From: Candidatus Bathyarchaeota archaeon | GTDB lineage: Archaea; Thermoproteota; Bathyarchaeia; Bathyarchaeales; Bathycorpusculaceae | Assembly: GCA_963702095.1 (NCBI GenBank) | Contig: OY969706.1 | Location: 1,056,001-1,120,000 of the forward strand | Length of the DNA stretch: 64,000 bases | Direction: 5' to 3' | Shown here: piece by piece, positions 41,442 through 51,298 of the stretch | Numbering within the stretch: position 1 is the stretch's first letter | How the letters are laid out: every line of letters starts with the position of its first letter | Translations under genes and position numbers: made by a program | Notes under the pieces: model-generated | Seen by the model: the letters and a program-made list of their open reading frames with translations, nothing else | What the model was told of the DNA's origin: nothing | Databases searched by the model: none

Positions 41442-42118
41442 GGCGACTCAAGACCTCTGCGAAGCGATGCGTTGCCTCCAATGTTGCTGCTCATGGAGCT
41501 TACGGATTCTTCGCCGGCTCTGGTTATGCTTCTAACGTGCTGGGGCGTTGAAATATTGGCGGCGTTAAAGGTCTTAACGCTACTCGTCGCCGAATCCATG
41601 CTTTTAGAAAAAGCAAACATCGCAACTGCAGCGGCAGCAATGACAGCGATCCCAACTCCGGTTAATGCGAAAAAGGTTGCATAACTAATGTTTAGTGCAT
41701 TTTGAGCAGCGGTTGAAATCCAAGCGGCAGCGCTATAGACCGCGTGAGCTGTAGCAGAAATTCCCAAGCGAACAGCTTGAAGCGTCTGTGATATGATGCC
41801 TGTCTGAGTAGCTGTGTTTTGAGCCACTTGAGCCGTCATGGCGCCAGTAGTTGAAACCGCCAAAGTGCTTTGAACACCAGCGCCTGCAGCAACGGCGGCG
41901 TTTTGGGCTGTCTGGGTTGCAGTGGCAGTCATCAGAATAGCATGCAACGAAGTCATGACGCGAATAACAGAGAAGATTTGCATGACACTTCTGCCAGTCT
42001 GTGAGTCTAGGGCGCCAAAAGAGACCCCTAAATTGATTACATCAGAGGAGATGGAGCGGAAAACGGATGAGGCTCGGTTCTCAGCACGAACGGCTATGCT
42101 GATGTCGCGCATGCTCAT
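41438..42118 (-). CDS. Short tape-measure-like protein
   Basis: ISIAVRAENRAS N-terminus, Ala/Thr-rich, AAQNALN..TGVG motif; position after the chaperone. Confidence 0.7.
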   Translation of the reverse strand: MSMRDISIAVRAENRASSVFRSISSDVINLGVSFGALDSQTGRSVMQIFSVIRVMTSLHAILMTATATQTAQNAAVAAGAGVQSTLAVSTTGAMTAQVAQNTATQTGIISQTLQAVRLGISATAHAVYSAAAWISTAAQNALNISYATFFALTGVGIAVIAAAAVAMFAFSKSMDSATSSVKTFNAANISTPQHVRSITRAGEESVSSMSSNIGGNASLRRGLESP

Positions 42119-42450
42119 GTCAGGCCAGCCTCCACTTTGGCACTTTCAATTGCCTCGATGATTATTTGTTCGAGTTGGGGCAGGTATTCTTGTAATGCGG
42201 GAAAGAGGTAGGGTTTAGCTTGCATGTATCGGGTGCCAGCTTCCACAAAGTAAGCGTAGGTTGCTTCAGCGCCGATACTTACCAGCCAATCTTTGACTAC
42301 AGCGTAGATTGTGCTTCTTAGGTAGCCTGTTTTTACGGAGACAAGTTGTCTTGCTAATGCTTGCACATCGTTAGCCCAAGTGACTAAATAACGGTAGACG
42401 GCATTCTGCAGGGCAGGGTCAAGCCTAAGCATAGCATCCCCAAACTCCAC
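42115..42450 (-). CDS. HK97 gp10-like neck/tail-completion protein
   Basis: VKTGYLRSTI...YAYFVEAGTRYMQAKPYLFPA. Confidence 0.9.
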   Translation of the reverse strand: MEFGDAMLRLDPALQNAVYRYLVTWANDVQALARQLVSVKTGYLRSTIYAVVKDWLVSIGAEATYAYFVEAGTRYMQAKPYLFPALQEYLPQLEQIIIEAIESAKVEAGLT

Positions 42451-42476
42451 TAACCCCTCGACATCGCAGTCAATTT

Positions 42477-42680
42477 CTACCGTTTTCTTGTTTCCCTCTC
42501 TACTTTGCGCTTTTCTTCTTCGACCATAGCGTCCATTTCGTTGAGTACTACAAGGAAGGACTGGACGGTTCTTGCAGGCTGTTTTCTAAGTTGGGTGATG
42601 GTCCAGCCGAATTCTTTGCATAGCCTAAACTCGCTAAGAGCTGGGTTCGGTCTTCCTCGCTTAATTGCGCTAATAAAAAA
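42477..42680 (-). other. -1 programmed frameshift site T TTT TTA (42680-42674) and GT-form extension
   Basis: In-frame X XXY YYZ heptamer; -1 frame reads ISAIKRG...RLCKEFGWTITQLRKQP... to TAG at 42477. Confidence 0.78.
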
Positions 42681-43006
42681 CGCAAATCCTCATGAGACAA
42701 CCCATTTAGTTTATTGACGATTTTGGAGAGCAATTCGCCAAGCTCGATCGGGACGCCTTCTTCGTCGCCAAGCAACTTTTGCAGAGTTATCGGTTTAGTT
42801 TCGGGTTGCCCATGGATGCTAGCGATTATGGTTTCCGCTTGGATGGCAAGAAAGTCACTGCTTACCACTTCGCCGGTGACGTTGTTGTATTTCGTGTGCT
42901 TCTGAATGATGCGGTTGCGTTTAGCCCAGGTTATCTCTTTTAGAACGTACTTGCCTGCGAATTCAGAGCCAAATCTGTTATCGAGGTCTAAAACTTCGCT
43001 GTTCAA
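42548..43006 (-). CDS. Tail assembly chaperone (G form)
   Basis: Lies between the tail tube and tape measure genes; contains a slippery site. Confidence 0.75.
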   Translation of the reverse strand: MNSEVLDLDNRFGSEFAGKYVLKEITWAKRNRIIQKHTKYNNVTGEVVSSDFLAIQAETIIASIHGQPETKPITLQKLLGDEEGVPIELGELLSKIVNKLNGLSHEDLRFLLAQLSEEDRTQLLASLGYAKNSAGPSPNLENSLQEPSSPSL

Positions 43007-43867
43007 TTAGGTCACCTCGCTATCAGTGAAAGATTCTGCAGTGAAGCCCAATTTCATGGCGATGATGTCTTCTGGTCGGCGAACAGAGCTTACGTTTGCC
43101 CATTGGCAGTTCTTGAACAGGAAATACTTGCCAGCGCTTAAATCGAACTTGAGGCTAAATGAGCCATCGGCTGCTGCATAGTATTGGTCTTTGTTTTCAA
43201 AAGTGCAGGTTAATTCACCCGATAGGTCTCTGTGTCTTGGCACGATATACTTGGGCTTTGTTGGGTTGCTAGCTCGAATCACGCCGACACGTTTCAGGTT
43301 GTTTGCTATGGTGAATTTCCAGTCAGTTGTAACTTCAAAAGGCGACAAATTGGAACCATCAGCATTACCTTTCAGAACTGCGATGTCCTCCCAAGAGACG
43401 GCGCCGCTAAGCAAATCGTAGGTTGCACCGGCAGGTTTAGCCGAAGCGCCCGTCACATCCTGGGACATTAGATCGCATTCTGCGCGAAGCACGTCTTCCA
43501 TTGAGCATGAGATTGTTGCTTTATCAATTCTTGAACCGGTATATAGTAAATCAACAAGCTCATCTTGGCCTTCATCTAGAACCGATACTGTGAGCGCGAA
43601 GCAATCGACGACATGGTGCACAAAATTCATGATGTCATCTGAGGGAAGCGGATAAGCTACTTTGAGGTCGGCTTTGAGCAATCCTCGTTTGAGGGCAACT
43701 AAATCGCGGGTGCCGCATCCTCTTATTTTGACAAGTGATGGGTCGATGGCTGGTTCTATGTCGTCTGCGGTTAAGGTTTTGAAAATTGGGTTCGGGGGTA
43801 GTGGAGCGCCTAAGTAGTCCTCTAAGATGTAGTTGAATTTAGAGGTGGCGCCTGCGTAGACGGGCAT
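43007..43867 (-). CDS. Major tail tube protein
   Basis: 286 aa; GSRIDKATIS, WKFTIANNL, RDLSGELTCTF; synteny. Confidence 0.8.
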   Translation of the reverse strand: MPVYAGATSKFNYILEDYLGAPLPPNPIFKTLTADDIEPAIDPSLVKIRGCGTRDLVALKRGLLKADLKVAYPLPSDDIMNFVHHVVDCFALTVSVLDEGQDELVDLLYTGSRIDKATISCSMEDVLRAECDLMSQDVTGASAKPAGATYDLLSGAVSWEDIAVLKGNADGSNLSPFEVTTDWKFTIANNLKRVGVIRASNPTKPKYIVPRHRDLSGELTCTFENKDQYYAAADGSFSLKFDLSAGKYFLFKNCQWANVSSVRRPEDIIAMKLGFTAESFTDSEVT

Positions 43868-43914
43868 TTAGTTGCCGCCTCCCATTTGGGCGTTAGTTTT
43901 ATTCATTGTATCCC

Positions 43915-45270
43915 TCATTTTGCAACCCACAATTTCTTAGGAAAATAACTGCACTTGACTTGGACAGTGACTCTTGCAAAAGTCGAATCATCGGTTTTAT
44001 TGGATGTCTGAGTTACAGCTACATCAATCAAGCCAGGTATGACTCTGCGGTGCTGAATTCCCGTGCCCGGGTCCCAAAGCGGGCCTAACCTGCTGTACAG
44101 GTGCATAATCCGTTCAACTTCAACTCGCATGCGTTCTCGAATAAAGCAGGCTTTGTCAAGGGTAGTACCAAGGACCTTAACTAAAACTTCAACGGCGACT
44201 ACTTCAGCTCTTAACCAACGGTTGCCGCCTTCACTTAGGCTGTAGCAGCTGATTGCATATTTTTGGGGCATGTTTTTGAAGTCATGCTTTGATGGTTGAA
44301 TATCCCAATCAGCAACGGTTGAGGCTCGACCGTCTAGCCAAGCAATTTCGGTTTTAGCGGGCCCGCCTATCCATTCTGCTTTCAGCGTCTCCAATAGGAC
44401 TGTGCTGTTTGGTTCAACTGCAACTTGAGAATTCAAGAACCGATGGATAATGCGAAGGCTGTCTCGGGGTTTTCCAGTGGTGTGCTCAAAGAACCACCAG
44501 TAGGCCTCAAACTGGAGAAGCTCAGCGCCACTGTACCAGACTGTTGGCATGGTGACGGCTTCTTGCATATGGCACACCATGTAGGAGATTGGCATGTTGT
44601 CTGGGTTCCAGATGTTGGCTTCTGGATGCGCCGATAAGCCTCGATGGCGAGTTTCCCAATACCAGCTCTCAATTGTGGCGCCCCAATGCTCCGGATAGGG
44701 TGAAGAGGCCCTTAGCTTGTCAACCAGATACTTGAAAGCTGCAGCGGGTTCCATGTCACCTGAATTAGTCTTAAACCCCACCGTGACAATGTCTTCGTAT
44801 CCAGCGATAACTTGCAAAACTTTGTCGAAGGCTGCAATCTTCCATTCGCAAAAATAAACCTTAATACCGTTAGATTTGCAGAACTGCAGTAACCCAATTA
44901 CATAGTCGTCTGGGAAGGGTAGATGCAGCCACTCTTCATAGTAGCTTACGAGTTCTGCAATACGAATCCAGGGTATCTGGACGCCCGCCGCAATCAAATC
45001 CTGTAACCGCTCGGGGGTCACATACTGAGCTGTATCCCAGCCGCCAGCGCAGTCAATCATCACGGGGATGCCTTGAAAATTAGCAGTTATCCAAGCGGCC
45101 TCATCAGCCCAAACAGCATGTGCATTATACTCAGGGAGCAACACAACATCTGAAACCTTTCCCTCGTTAACTGCGAGCATCTGCTCGTAAACGGCGTGGA
45201 CATTTGGCATGTGCACCGTAAACTCCGGCGACGTCTTTTCGCTAACATGATAAACGATGGTTTTGAGCAC
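43915..45270 (-). CDS. Fusion of a TIM-barrel/glycosidase-like domain to a tail-terminator-like C-terminal domain
   Basis: N-terminal ~280 aa homologous to 45730..46686; C-terminal part sits in the terminator position before the tube gene. Confidence 0.55.
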   Translation of the reverse strand: MLKTIVYHVSEKTSPEFTVHMPNVHAVYEQMLAVNEGKVSDVVLLPEYNAHAVWADEAAWITANFQGIPVMIDCAGGWDTAQYVTPERLQDLIAAGVQIPWIRIAELVSYYEEWLHLPFPDDYVIGLLQFCKSNGIKVYFCEWKIAAFDKVLQVIAGYEDIVTVGFKTNSGDMEPAAAFKYLVDKLRASSPYPEHWGATIESWYWETRHRGLSAHPEANIWNPDNMPISYMVCHMQEAVTMPTVWYSGAELLQFEAYWWFFEHTTGKPRDSLRIIHRFLNSQVAVEPNSTVLLETLKAEWIGGPAKTEIAWLDGRASTVADWDIQPSKHDFKNMPQKYAISCYSLSEGGNRWLRAEVVAVEVLVKVLGTTLDKACFIRERMRVEVERIMHLYSRLGPLWDPGTGIQHRRVIPGLIDVAVTQTSNKTDDSTFARVTVQVKCSYFPKKLWVAK

Positions 45271-45596
45271 TATGCACTCCCCAGATAGGGCTCTGTTTCG
45301 GCATCGATGTATGCCTGCAAGAAAGCCACCGCATCATTCCAAAAGCCCTGAGCGCTAGCGGGGTCACGAATGCGACGATATGCCCAAGCCGCAAAATTGC
45401 ATGCAGAGAACTTGACCAGCTGAGGCACGAAAGCTGGCACCATCAAACCCTTGGCTTTTAGGAACCCGTCGATTAAGCCGCTACTAGCAACTATGCAACT
45501 GGCTATTTCCGTATCCTCGCTTGTCTCTGCTGCGTCAATGTGCAAGAAAGGCTTTACTTCCGAGACAACGCAATAGTCTGCCATCGAAATTACCAA
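45270..45596 (-). CDS. Head-tail adaptor (gp6/gp15-like)
   Basis: YCVVSEVKPFLHI...DTEIASCIVASSGLIDGFL...VPQLVK. Confidence 0.8.
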   Translation of the reverse strand: MVISMADYCVVSEVKPFLHIDAAETSEDTEIASCIVASSGLIDGFLKAKGLMVPAFVPQLVKFSACNFAAWAYRRIRDPASAQGFWNDAVAFLQAYIDAETEPYLGSA

Positions 45597-45729
45597 GTAG
45601 CCAATCAGAAAAATTAGAAAAAAAGGCTTCTTATCAAAAAAAACCTATCAAAAAATCTACACTAAAAAATACCCTGAAACTCCTAAGTTTTAAAAGCCAA
45701 CAACCGTTAGATATCGATAAACGGGTTGA

Positions 45730-46686
45730 ATGATAATGAACAGGGCAACAATATTAATCGCTGTATTAGTATGCATCATTCTAACCGTCAGTTTTGCAGG
45801 AATCATCGCTACTTATAGCATCGCTGACGAAAACAAAAGCCTCAAAGAACAATTGGCAGCACCGTCAAAAAGCAGCAGTTAACGTTAGTTTTCCATGTAT
45901 CCGAAAAAGGCGATGAATACACATATGCCCGGCTCCCAAACGCCAGCTATACTTACGACCAAATACTCGCACTAAACAACAACACGTACCAAATCCTCTT
46001 ACTTCCAGAATACAAAGGAAACCTCAACTGGACAGAAGAACTCGCCTGGATAGAAGCAAACTTTGGAGGACCACAAGGCATCCCAATAATGCTAGATGTC
46101 TTTGGTGGAGGAAGTCAGAGTACACCCACACCAATGCTGACAACAGACCAAATCTCACAGGCTATGGACATAGCAAACGTCAAGTGCATTCGTATTGCAG
46201 AGGTAATAAGCTGGCACCTAGAAAACAACCTATCCTTCCCAACTAATTACGTTAATGAGCTCTTAGAATTCTGCAAAACACACAACCTCCAAGTATTTTG
46301 GACTGAGTGGAAAAACGACTTCCCAGATAAAAATGTAGAAACCTTTACAGCGATTAAATCATACATAGCAGGCTACGAAGACCTTGTAACCGTTTCCTTT
46401 TCTACCAATTCACAAGAACTTGAACCTGCGGACGCATTTCTAAAACTTGATCAAATGTTTACTCAATGGGGCACATCAATTCAACCTTGGTACTGGAATA
46501 CCACCCAAAACCAAGACCTAATGGACATGCCTGCCTCACTAATACCTAGAACACACTTTTGCAGCTCAAGGATTAGGCGCAAAAATAATACAGTATGAAC
46601 CTTACTGGTATCTCTTTGATAATGGAGTACCAAACGAAAACTTGAAGCTAATCTTAACAAATTTAGTCAACGAAAACAGCCACTAA
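45730..46686 (+). CDS. Membrane-anchored paralog of the 43915..45270 N-terminal domain (frameshifts near 45870 and 46545)
   Basis: N-terminal TM ILIAVLVCIILTVSFAGII; then VFHVSEK, LLLPEY, IRIAEV, FWTEWK, GYEDLVTV..TNS, WG..IQPWYW, QYEPYW. Confidence 0.75.
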
Positions 46687-46731
46687 CTCTTTTAAAAAAA
46701 GGAAATTAAGGAAAGAACCGCCTTTTTCGGT

Positions 46732-47880
46732 CTAGTAGTGGCCGCCGCAGTTAATGCAGTCTATTTTCATTTGGCTTGTCGTGCCTGAATCGTATGCGAT
46801 GACGAGTATGAAGCTGTATGTGCCGCTTGGTGTACCGCAGCTGATCCATCTGTCGCCGCCATTGTAAACGAGTTGCTCGCTGCTGAGTCGCCAGTTGTAG
46901 TTGTCGCTTGAGACGTAGACGAGGAACCTGCTGAATGATTGCATTGAATCGCCATGTATCCAAACTTGCCCTGAAGCTGTGCCTCCGAGCCAATAGGATG
47001 CTCGTGCTGTTGCGCCACTTGATGCTGCGAGGAAGGTTGCGTAGCTGTAGTCAGGTGTTCTATACTGGCATTCGTATGGATTAGTAATGGATGCTGAGCC
47101 CCAAACGTCTGTGTATTGGCAGCTACATGCGAAGTGGATTTCGTCGTCAGGGATTAGGAATTTCCAGCTTTCCCAGCCCTCGTCGTAGTGTGATGTTCCA
47201 ACGCTAAATCCGTGTCTGTTGCTTGAATCGGGTATGTCATCAGTTGCACCGCGTTTCTCATAGTAAATTGGGTAGCCGGGTGTAACGTGGTCCCACTCTA
47301 TGCAGAATGAGATTCTGTAAGTGTGTCCGTTCCAAACATGTCCGTTTACTGAGTCAGTGAAGTCTTGCGTTGACCAGTAGTTTGGCCATTGGTCGTATCC
47401 ATAGGTTAAGCCAGACCATGTTAGGTCATATTGGAAGTAGAGTGTGTTGCCGTTCCATTGGTCGTAGTAGAATGTTTGGTCGTTAACCCAGACTGCTCCG
47501 CCTTGTCTGCTAATTGGAATCCACATCGTTGGGTATGGTCCTTCGGCTGGTATCGGTATCTCTAAGCCGTTTGCAACTACCACTCCGTCGATTTCGAGGA
47601 CTTTGAGAAGTCTTGCTTGTACCATTTCGCCGTCGTAGAAGTTACTATCCCATGCGGGTAGTTCTGCGGTTAAGTATGCAACGTCATATTTGTCCTCAGA
47701 TGGGTAGCCATAACATGACTGCTCATGGCTCCAATCATAGCACCGTGAGAATTGCGTGTCATCGATGGTAAGGCTGCCGATTATTGTCTCGCCCGTTGCT
47801 GCCGCTTTTGGAGTTAGTATGGCAAACATTGAGATTGCTAAGAGAGCAATTATCAAGATAGAGATTGGCTTTTTATTCAA
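46732..47880 (-). CDS. Secreted aromatic-rich protein of unknown function
   Basis: Signal peptide MNKKPISILIIALLAISMFAIL; W/Y/C-rich; AGGTGA RBS. Confidence 0.75.
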   Translation of the reverse strand: MNKKPISILIIALLAISMFAILTPKAAATGETIIGSLTIDDTQFSRCYDWSHEQSCYGYPSEDKYDVAYLTAELPAWDSNFYDGEMVQARLLKVLEIDGVVVANGLEIPIPAEGPYPTMWIPISRQGGAVWVNDQTFYYDQWNGNTLYFQYDLTWSGLTYGYDQWPNYWSTQDFTDSVNGHVWNGHTYRISFCIEWDHVTPGYPIYYEKRGATDDIPDSSNRHGFSVGTSHYDEGWESWKFLIPDDEIHFACSCQYTDVWGSASITNPYECQYRTPDYSYATFLAASSGATARASYWLGGTASGQVWIHGDSMQSFSRFLVYVSSDNYNWRLSSEQLVYNGGDRWISCGTPSGTYSFILVIAYDSGTTSQMKIDCINCGGHY

Positions 47881-48046
47881 TTTTTCACCTCCACCAACCC
47901 CTAAATTGGAAAATAACTGCTGAAATGCCTTCTTTTCAAAAAACAGGCAATAAAAAACACTAATTAAAATGAATTAACTAACCGATAACTAGTTAAAAAC
48001 AACGATAAAAAAAGGATAAAAAACAAAGGCTTACTGAATGCAAACA

Positions 48047-48253
48047 CTATCTTTCTAAAAACGCCTTTGCATCAGCAGCAATACGTCGGCATTCTTCCTC
48101 AGACACCTGATCGTCTTGAACAGCATTCACAACATCACTAAGCAAAGTTGTGACTTTGTCCTTGTTCACCTTAAAATCTATACCAACCAAACCAGCGATT
48201 ACTGAAAAGGCAGTTGTAGCAATCAAAGCTATAGTTCCATAATCCAAAATCAA
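48047..48253 (-). CDS. Small membrane protein (holin-like)
   Basis: One TM helix plus charged C-terminus; overlaps the portal stop. Confidence 0.55.
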   Translation of the reverse strand: MILDYGTIALIATTAFSVIAGLVGIDFKVNKDKVTTLLSDVVNAVQDDQVSEEECRRIAADAKAFLER

Positions 48254-49509
48254 TCACCTCCCTTACTTTTGCCATCCAAACTTGTTGACGGTGATGACTG
48301 TGGATTAGCCTCCCAGAGCTCCCAACCTAGAATTTTAACAGCGTTTTTTCTAAATTCTTCAGGTCTAATCAGTTGCTTATCTGCTGCTGAAATTAGATCG
48401 GCAGCTGAGATTTCAGGGGTCTCAGGGTTGCCCCAGTTTAAGCGTACCTGTGCCTTTAGGGGGTCATAACCGCTCTGTTTTGTAATAACTGCAAAAATCT
48501 CCCGCTCGACTCTTCGTTTAATCATTCTTTGGATGGGGTCGATTAACATATCCTGTAGTTCAAGTGCAGCTTTGGCTGAGGCTTCGGTGAAACCAGGAGT
48601 ACTAAATAGGCGTGGGAGTGGCGTTTCACAGCCTAAATAAAACTGGTTAACAATATGGTCGATGTAGTACTCGAAGCGGGCTCTTGGGTCAATAGAAACT
48701 GGGTTAACGCTTACGTTTTTGGCGCCGCTAAAGAGCCATTGGCCTTCTTCGGGTCGGTTTCTAATAGCGTTTTCATATTTCTTGAAACTTTCATCCTTCA
48801 TACCCTCGGCTTGAACAACTACGTCAGGACCGGCATACTTGACAAAGATGCTGGGAAGGATTTTCTCGATTTTAGCTTTCATCCAAGCAAACGCAGGTCG
48901 CTTATCATTGTTGATTGCTAAGGTGTGAAGAAGAACCTGTAGTAAGCCTACACCGAAACCTGAATTAAAGTTTTGATTGATGTTCCAATGCAAAACGGCA
49001 TCAGGTCGCAATTCCCCATTGTTTACGCTTTCACAATAGGCGGCTCGAAGATGGTAGCTCTCAACTTTGTAGGGGATTTTAAAACCTTTAACGCTTGACA
49101 GTTTAATTTTGTCGATTGCGTCGATAGGCATTCGGACAAACTCTGCAAGCCTGTCCGGTGTAAGCCTTAGCCAAAACTCATTTCCACAAGCAATCAACCG
49201 AACAGCCATGTCATGCATTAAGCAATCTAAGTTGATTTCTTCGTTGAAAGAATCAACGGCGTTTTTGGCTTTCTCTTGACCCTGCGCACAAGTGGTGTAA
49301 AATCGTTTAACCGCGCTAGCAGCTAATAAGTCAACGCTGCTTTTGCAGGTTGGGTCTCGGTCATAGAGTCTCATGACGTCGGCAAGCGGAATATCTGAGG
49401 TCTCGTAGAATATTGTTCCAGTTGGATGGGCAACGCCTGAGGAGGGCGGAGCAAAACTGAGGAACTCTCGTAGTTTGTGGTAGATTTGGCTTATGGTTTT
49501 TTCCTCCAA
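48250..49509 (-). CDS. Portal protein
   Basis: 419 aa; LYDRDPTCKSSVD, GNEFW, VLHW...GFGVG, PIQRMIKRRVE, IRPEEFR. Confidence 0.85.
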   Translation of the reverse strand: MEEKTISQIYHKLREFLSFAPPSSGVAHPTGTIFYETSDIPLADVMRLYDRDPTCKSSVDLLAASAVKRFYTTCAQGQEKAKNAVDSFNEEINLDCLMHDMAVRLIACGNEFWLRLTPDRLAEFVRMPIDAIDKIKLSSVKGFKIPYKVESYHLRAAYCESVNNGELRPDAVLHWNINQNFNSGFGVGLLQVLLHTLAINNDKRPAFAWMKAKIEKILPSIFVKYAGPDVVVQAEGMKDESFKKYENAIRNRPEEGQWLFSGAKNVSVNPVSIDPRARFEYYIDHIVNQFYLGCETPLPRLFSTPGFTEASAKAALELQDMLIDPIQRMIKRRVEREIFAVITKQSGYDPLKAQVRLNWGNPETPEISAADLISAADKQLIRPEEFRKNAVKILGWELWEANPQSSPSTSLDGKSKGGD

Positions 49510-49742
49510 GCCAAAAATAATCTGCCTTTTTCCGTTATTCGAAAAGGTGCAGTTTTCTCAGCGCTCTCTTTTTCTATGTCTCCGTCTATGACAAGAAAAG
49601 CAAACATGCCCGAAAAACAGGCGTAAGAAATGTCTTTGGTGCGAAAGAGCCTCTTCTCAAGTGCTGTGCGACGCATAGGGCCATAGCTAAGAGTTTTTAG
49701 GATAGCCTCAGCCACACCCAAACGGTCAATTAATTCACCCAT
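49491..49742 (-). CDS. Small wHTH protein
   Basis: ILKTLSYGPMRRT...PFRITEKGR. Confidence 0.7.
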   Translation of the reverse strand: MGELIDRLGVAEAILKTLSYGPMRRTALEKRLFRTKDISYACFSGMFAFLVIDGDIEKESAEKTAPFRITEKGRLFLAWRKKP

Positions 49743-49808
49743 TTTTACATCAGCCCAAACTTTCTTGAAAACAAAAAAGGAGGTTGTTAAGTGAGAGGCA
49801 GTTTTGCT

Positions 49809-50789
49809 CTAAGCTTCAGTCTGCTCTATAGTCTGCTTGATGTTTGTCATTCTGGCAATACCCTTAGAACGCAGGATACCTAAGCCAAATCTGGTTGTGG
49901 CACGAACCCCGTACTTGCCATTCTTAACGTCTATCCAGTCTTCGACTGTAACGTCTCGGCGTAGCAGCATAACAGCGGCAATTCTTGTGTCAATTGCGTA
50001 GGCAGTTCCGTTAGGTACAAGGGTTGTTGACTGAACTTTCATGTTCAGAACGTTTCCTATGCTGCCTTGGGCAATGTCGGTTTCGTCGCTGGGCAGATAT
50101 ACTGAGTTTATGAATTTGTCGTCGTTTAACAATTGGTGCTTCTGCATAGTGCTGCATGGTAGTACTGTTGGGTTCCAGTCCTCGCCTTCGACAGCGTTAT
50201 GAATGTTTAGCAATCCCGCCCAACTTAGTGGTGTATTGCCGCCGGCAACCTCTGCTCCGCCAGCGAGATCGGCATTAGCAACAGCAGCATACAATGCCAG
50301 AATTCTCTTTGTTTCATCTTTGGCAAGGGCTCTTCCAACTTTTTCTACCATGTTATTCATTACGTTCCAAGTGGCGTCTTCGGTGAATTCTTTAGTCCAT
50401 TCTTCAGAGGCTTCGGCTAGGATGTTTGTGTAGATGTCAACGGTACTGCTTTTTTTGCCGCTCAAGCGTGTGACTGCACCTTCAGCATATCGATATGCGA
50501 CAGCTTCTTCGTCAAGTGGAAAGCGCTCCATCTGCTCAGTAGTCGGCAGAACGGTTATGATGCTTCTGCCAATAAGGTTAGGCTGTGCTGCCTGCACTAG
50601 AGTGTCATGCATTCTTCCAAGGGCACCAACAGAATCGCTAAAGAGGCCTTCTTTGACTCCCAAATCGGTATAGCGTTTTAGAAATGGGTGGGTGCACATC
50701 TTCGGTTTCAAAGTTTCATAGAACTGCCTAGTTGAGCCGTCTGTAATGGCTTTGTCTTGCATTACTGCTTCGAAAAGTCTTGGTTTCAT
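49809..50789 (-). CDS. Major capsid protein (HK97 fold)
   Basis: AEG, SEEWTKEFTEDA, GNVLNMKV..TTLVP, RATTRFG. Confidence 0.88.
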   Translation of the reverse strand: MKPRLFEAVMQDKAITDGSTRQFYETLKPKMCTHPFLKRYTDLGVKEGLFSDSVGALGRMHDTLVQAAQPNLIGRSIITVLPTTEQMERFPLDEEAVAYRYAEGAVTRLSGKKSSTVDIYTNILAEASEEWTKEFTEDATWNVMNNMVEKVGRALAKDETKRILALYAAVANADLAGGAEVAGGNTPLSWAGLLNIHNAVEGEDWNPTVLPCSTMQKHQLLNDDKFINSVYLPSDETDIAQGSIGNVLNMKVQSTTLVPNGTAYAIDTRIAAVMLLRRDVTVEDWIDVKNGKYGVRATTRFGLGILRSKGIARMTNIKQTIEQTEA

Positions 50790-51221
50790 TTAGGCGCCTG
50801 CCTCTATGAAGATTAAATCGCCGTCTGCCTCTGCCTTGTTTACGGTAGTTCCTAATTTGCGACTCATGTAGATAGTGTAAGTTGCTGCACCGCCTTCGTT
50901 TACTTCTTGATCGTTTAGTTCAGTTACTTTTCCGTTGCCGCCGTTACGGACTGCAACCCCTGCGGCAGTGGTTGCGCCATTAGCAACCACTTTGACCCTG
51001 CCTTTTCTTAGGATGGGAACCTGCTCGCTATCCGCAGCGGCTTTAACAGCAATGCCAAAGCCATACCAAGTGGTAGGAGTAGCCGTCACTTTGCCATCAT
51101 TTGTTAATTCGACAGGTGACCCCTTTGTAACTGCGCCATTGGCTTCATAACTCTCAATGACTGCATTTGGATCGTCAGTTTCTCCAGCAGACATCCAAGG
51201 CTTACCTGTTTTATCAGCCAT
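50790..51221 (-). CDS. Head decoration/cement protein (DUF2190-like)
   Basis: Gly/Ala-rich, GIAVKAA...VPILRKG; lies between protease and MCP. Confidence 0.7.
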   Translation of the reverse strand: MADKTGKPWMSAGETDDPNAVIESYEANGAVTKGSPVELTNDGKVTATPTTWYGFGIAVKAAADSEQVPILRKGRVKVVANGATTAAGVAVRNGGNGKVTELNDQEVNEGGAATYTIYMSRKLGTTVNKAEADGDLIFIEAGA

Positions 51222-51298
51222 CCAAAATAATCTCCAAAAGTTTTAACGTTCAGCCAAGGTCGTTCTTGGCCTACTAGCCCCACAAAAGTGAGCATAAA

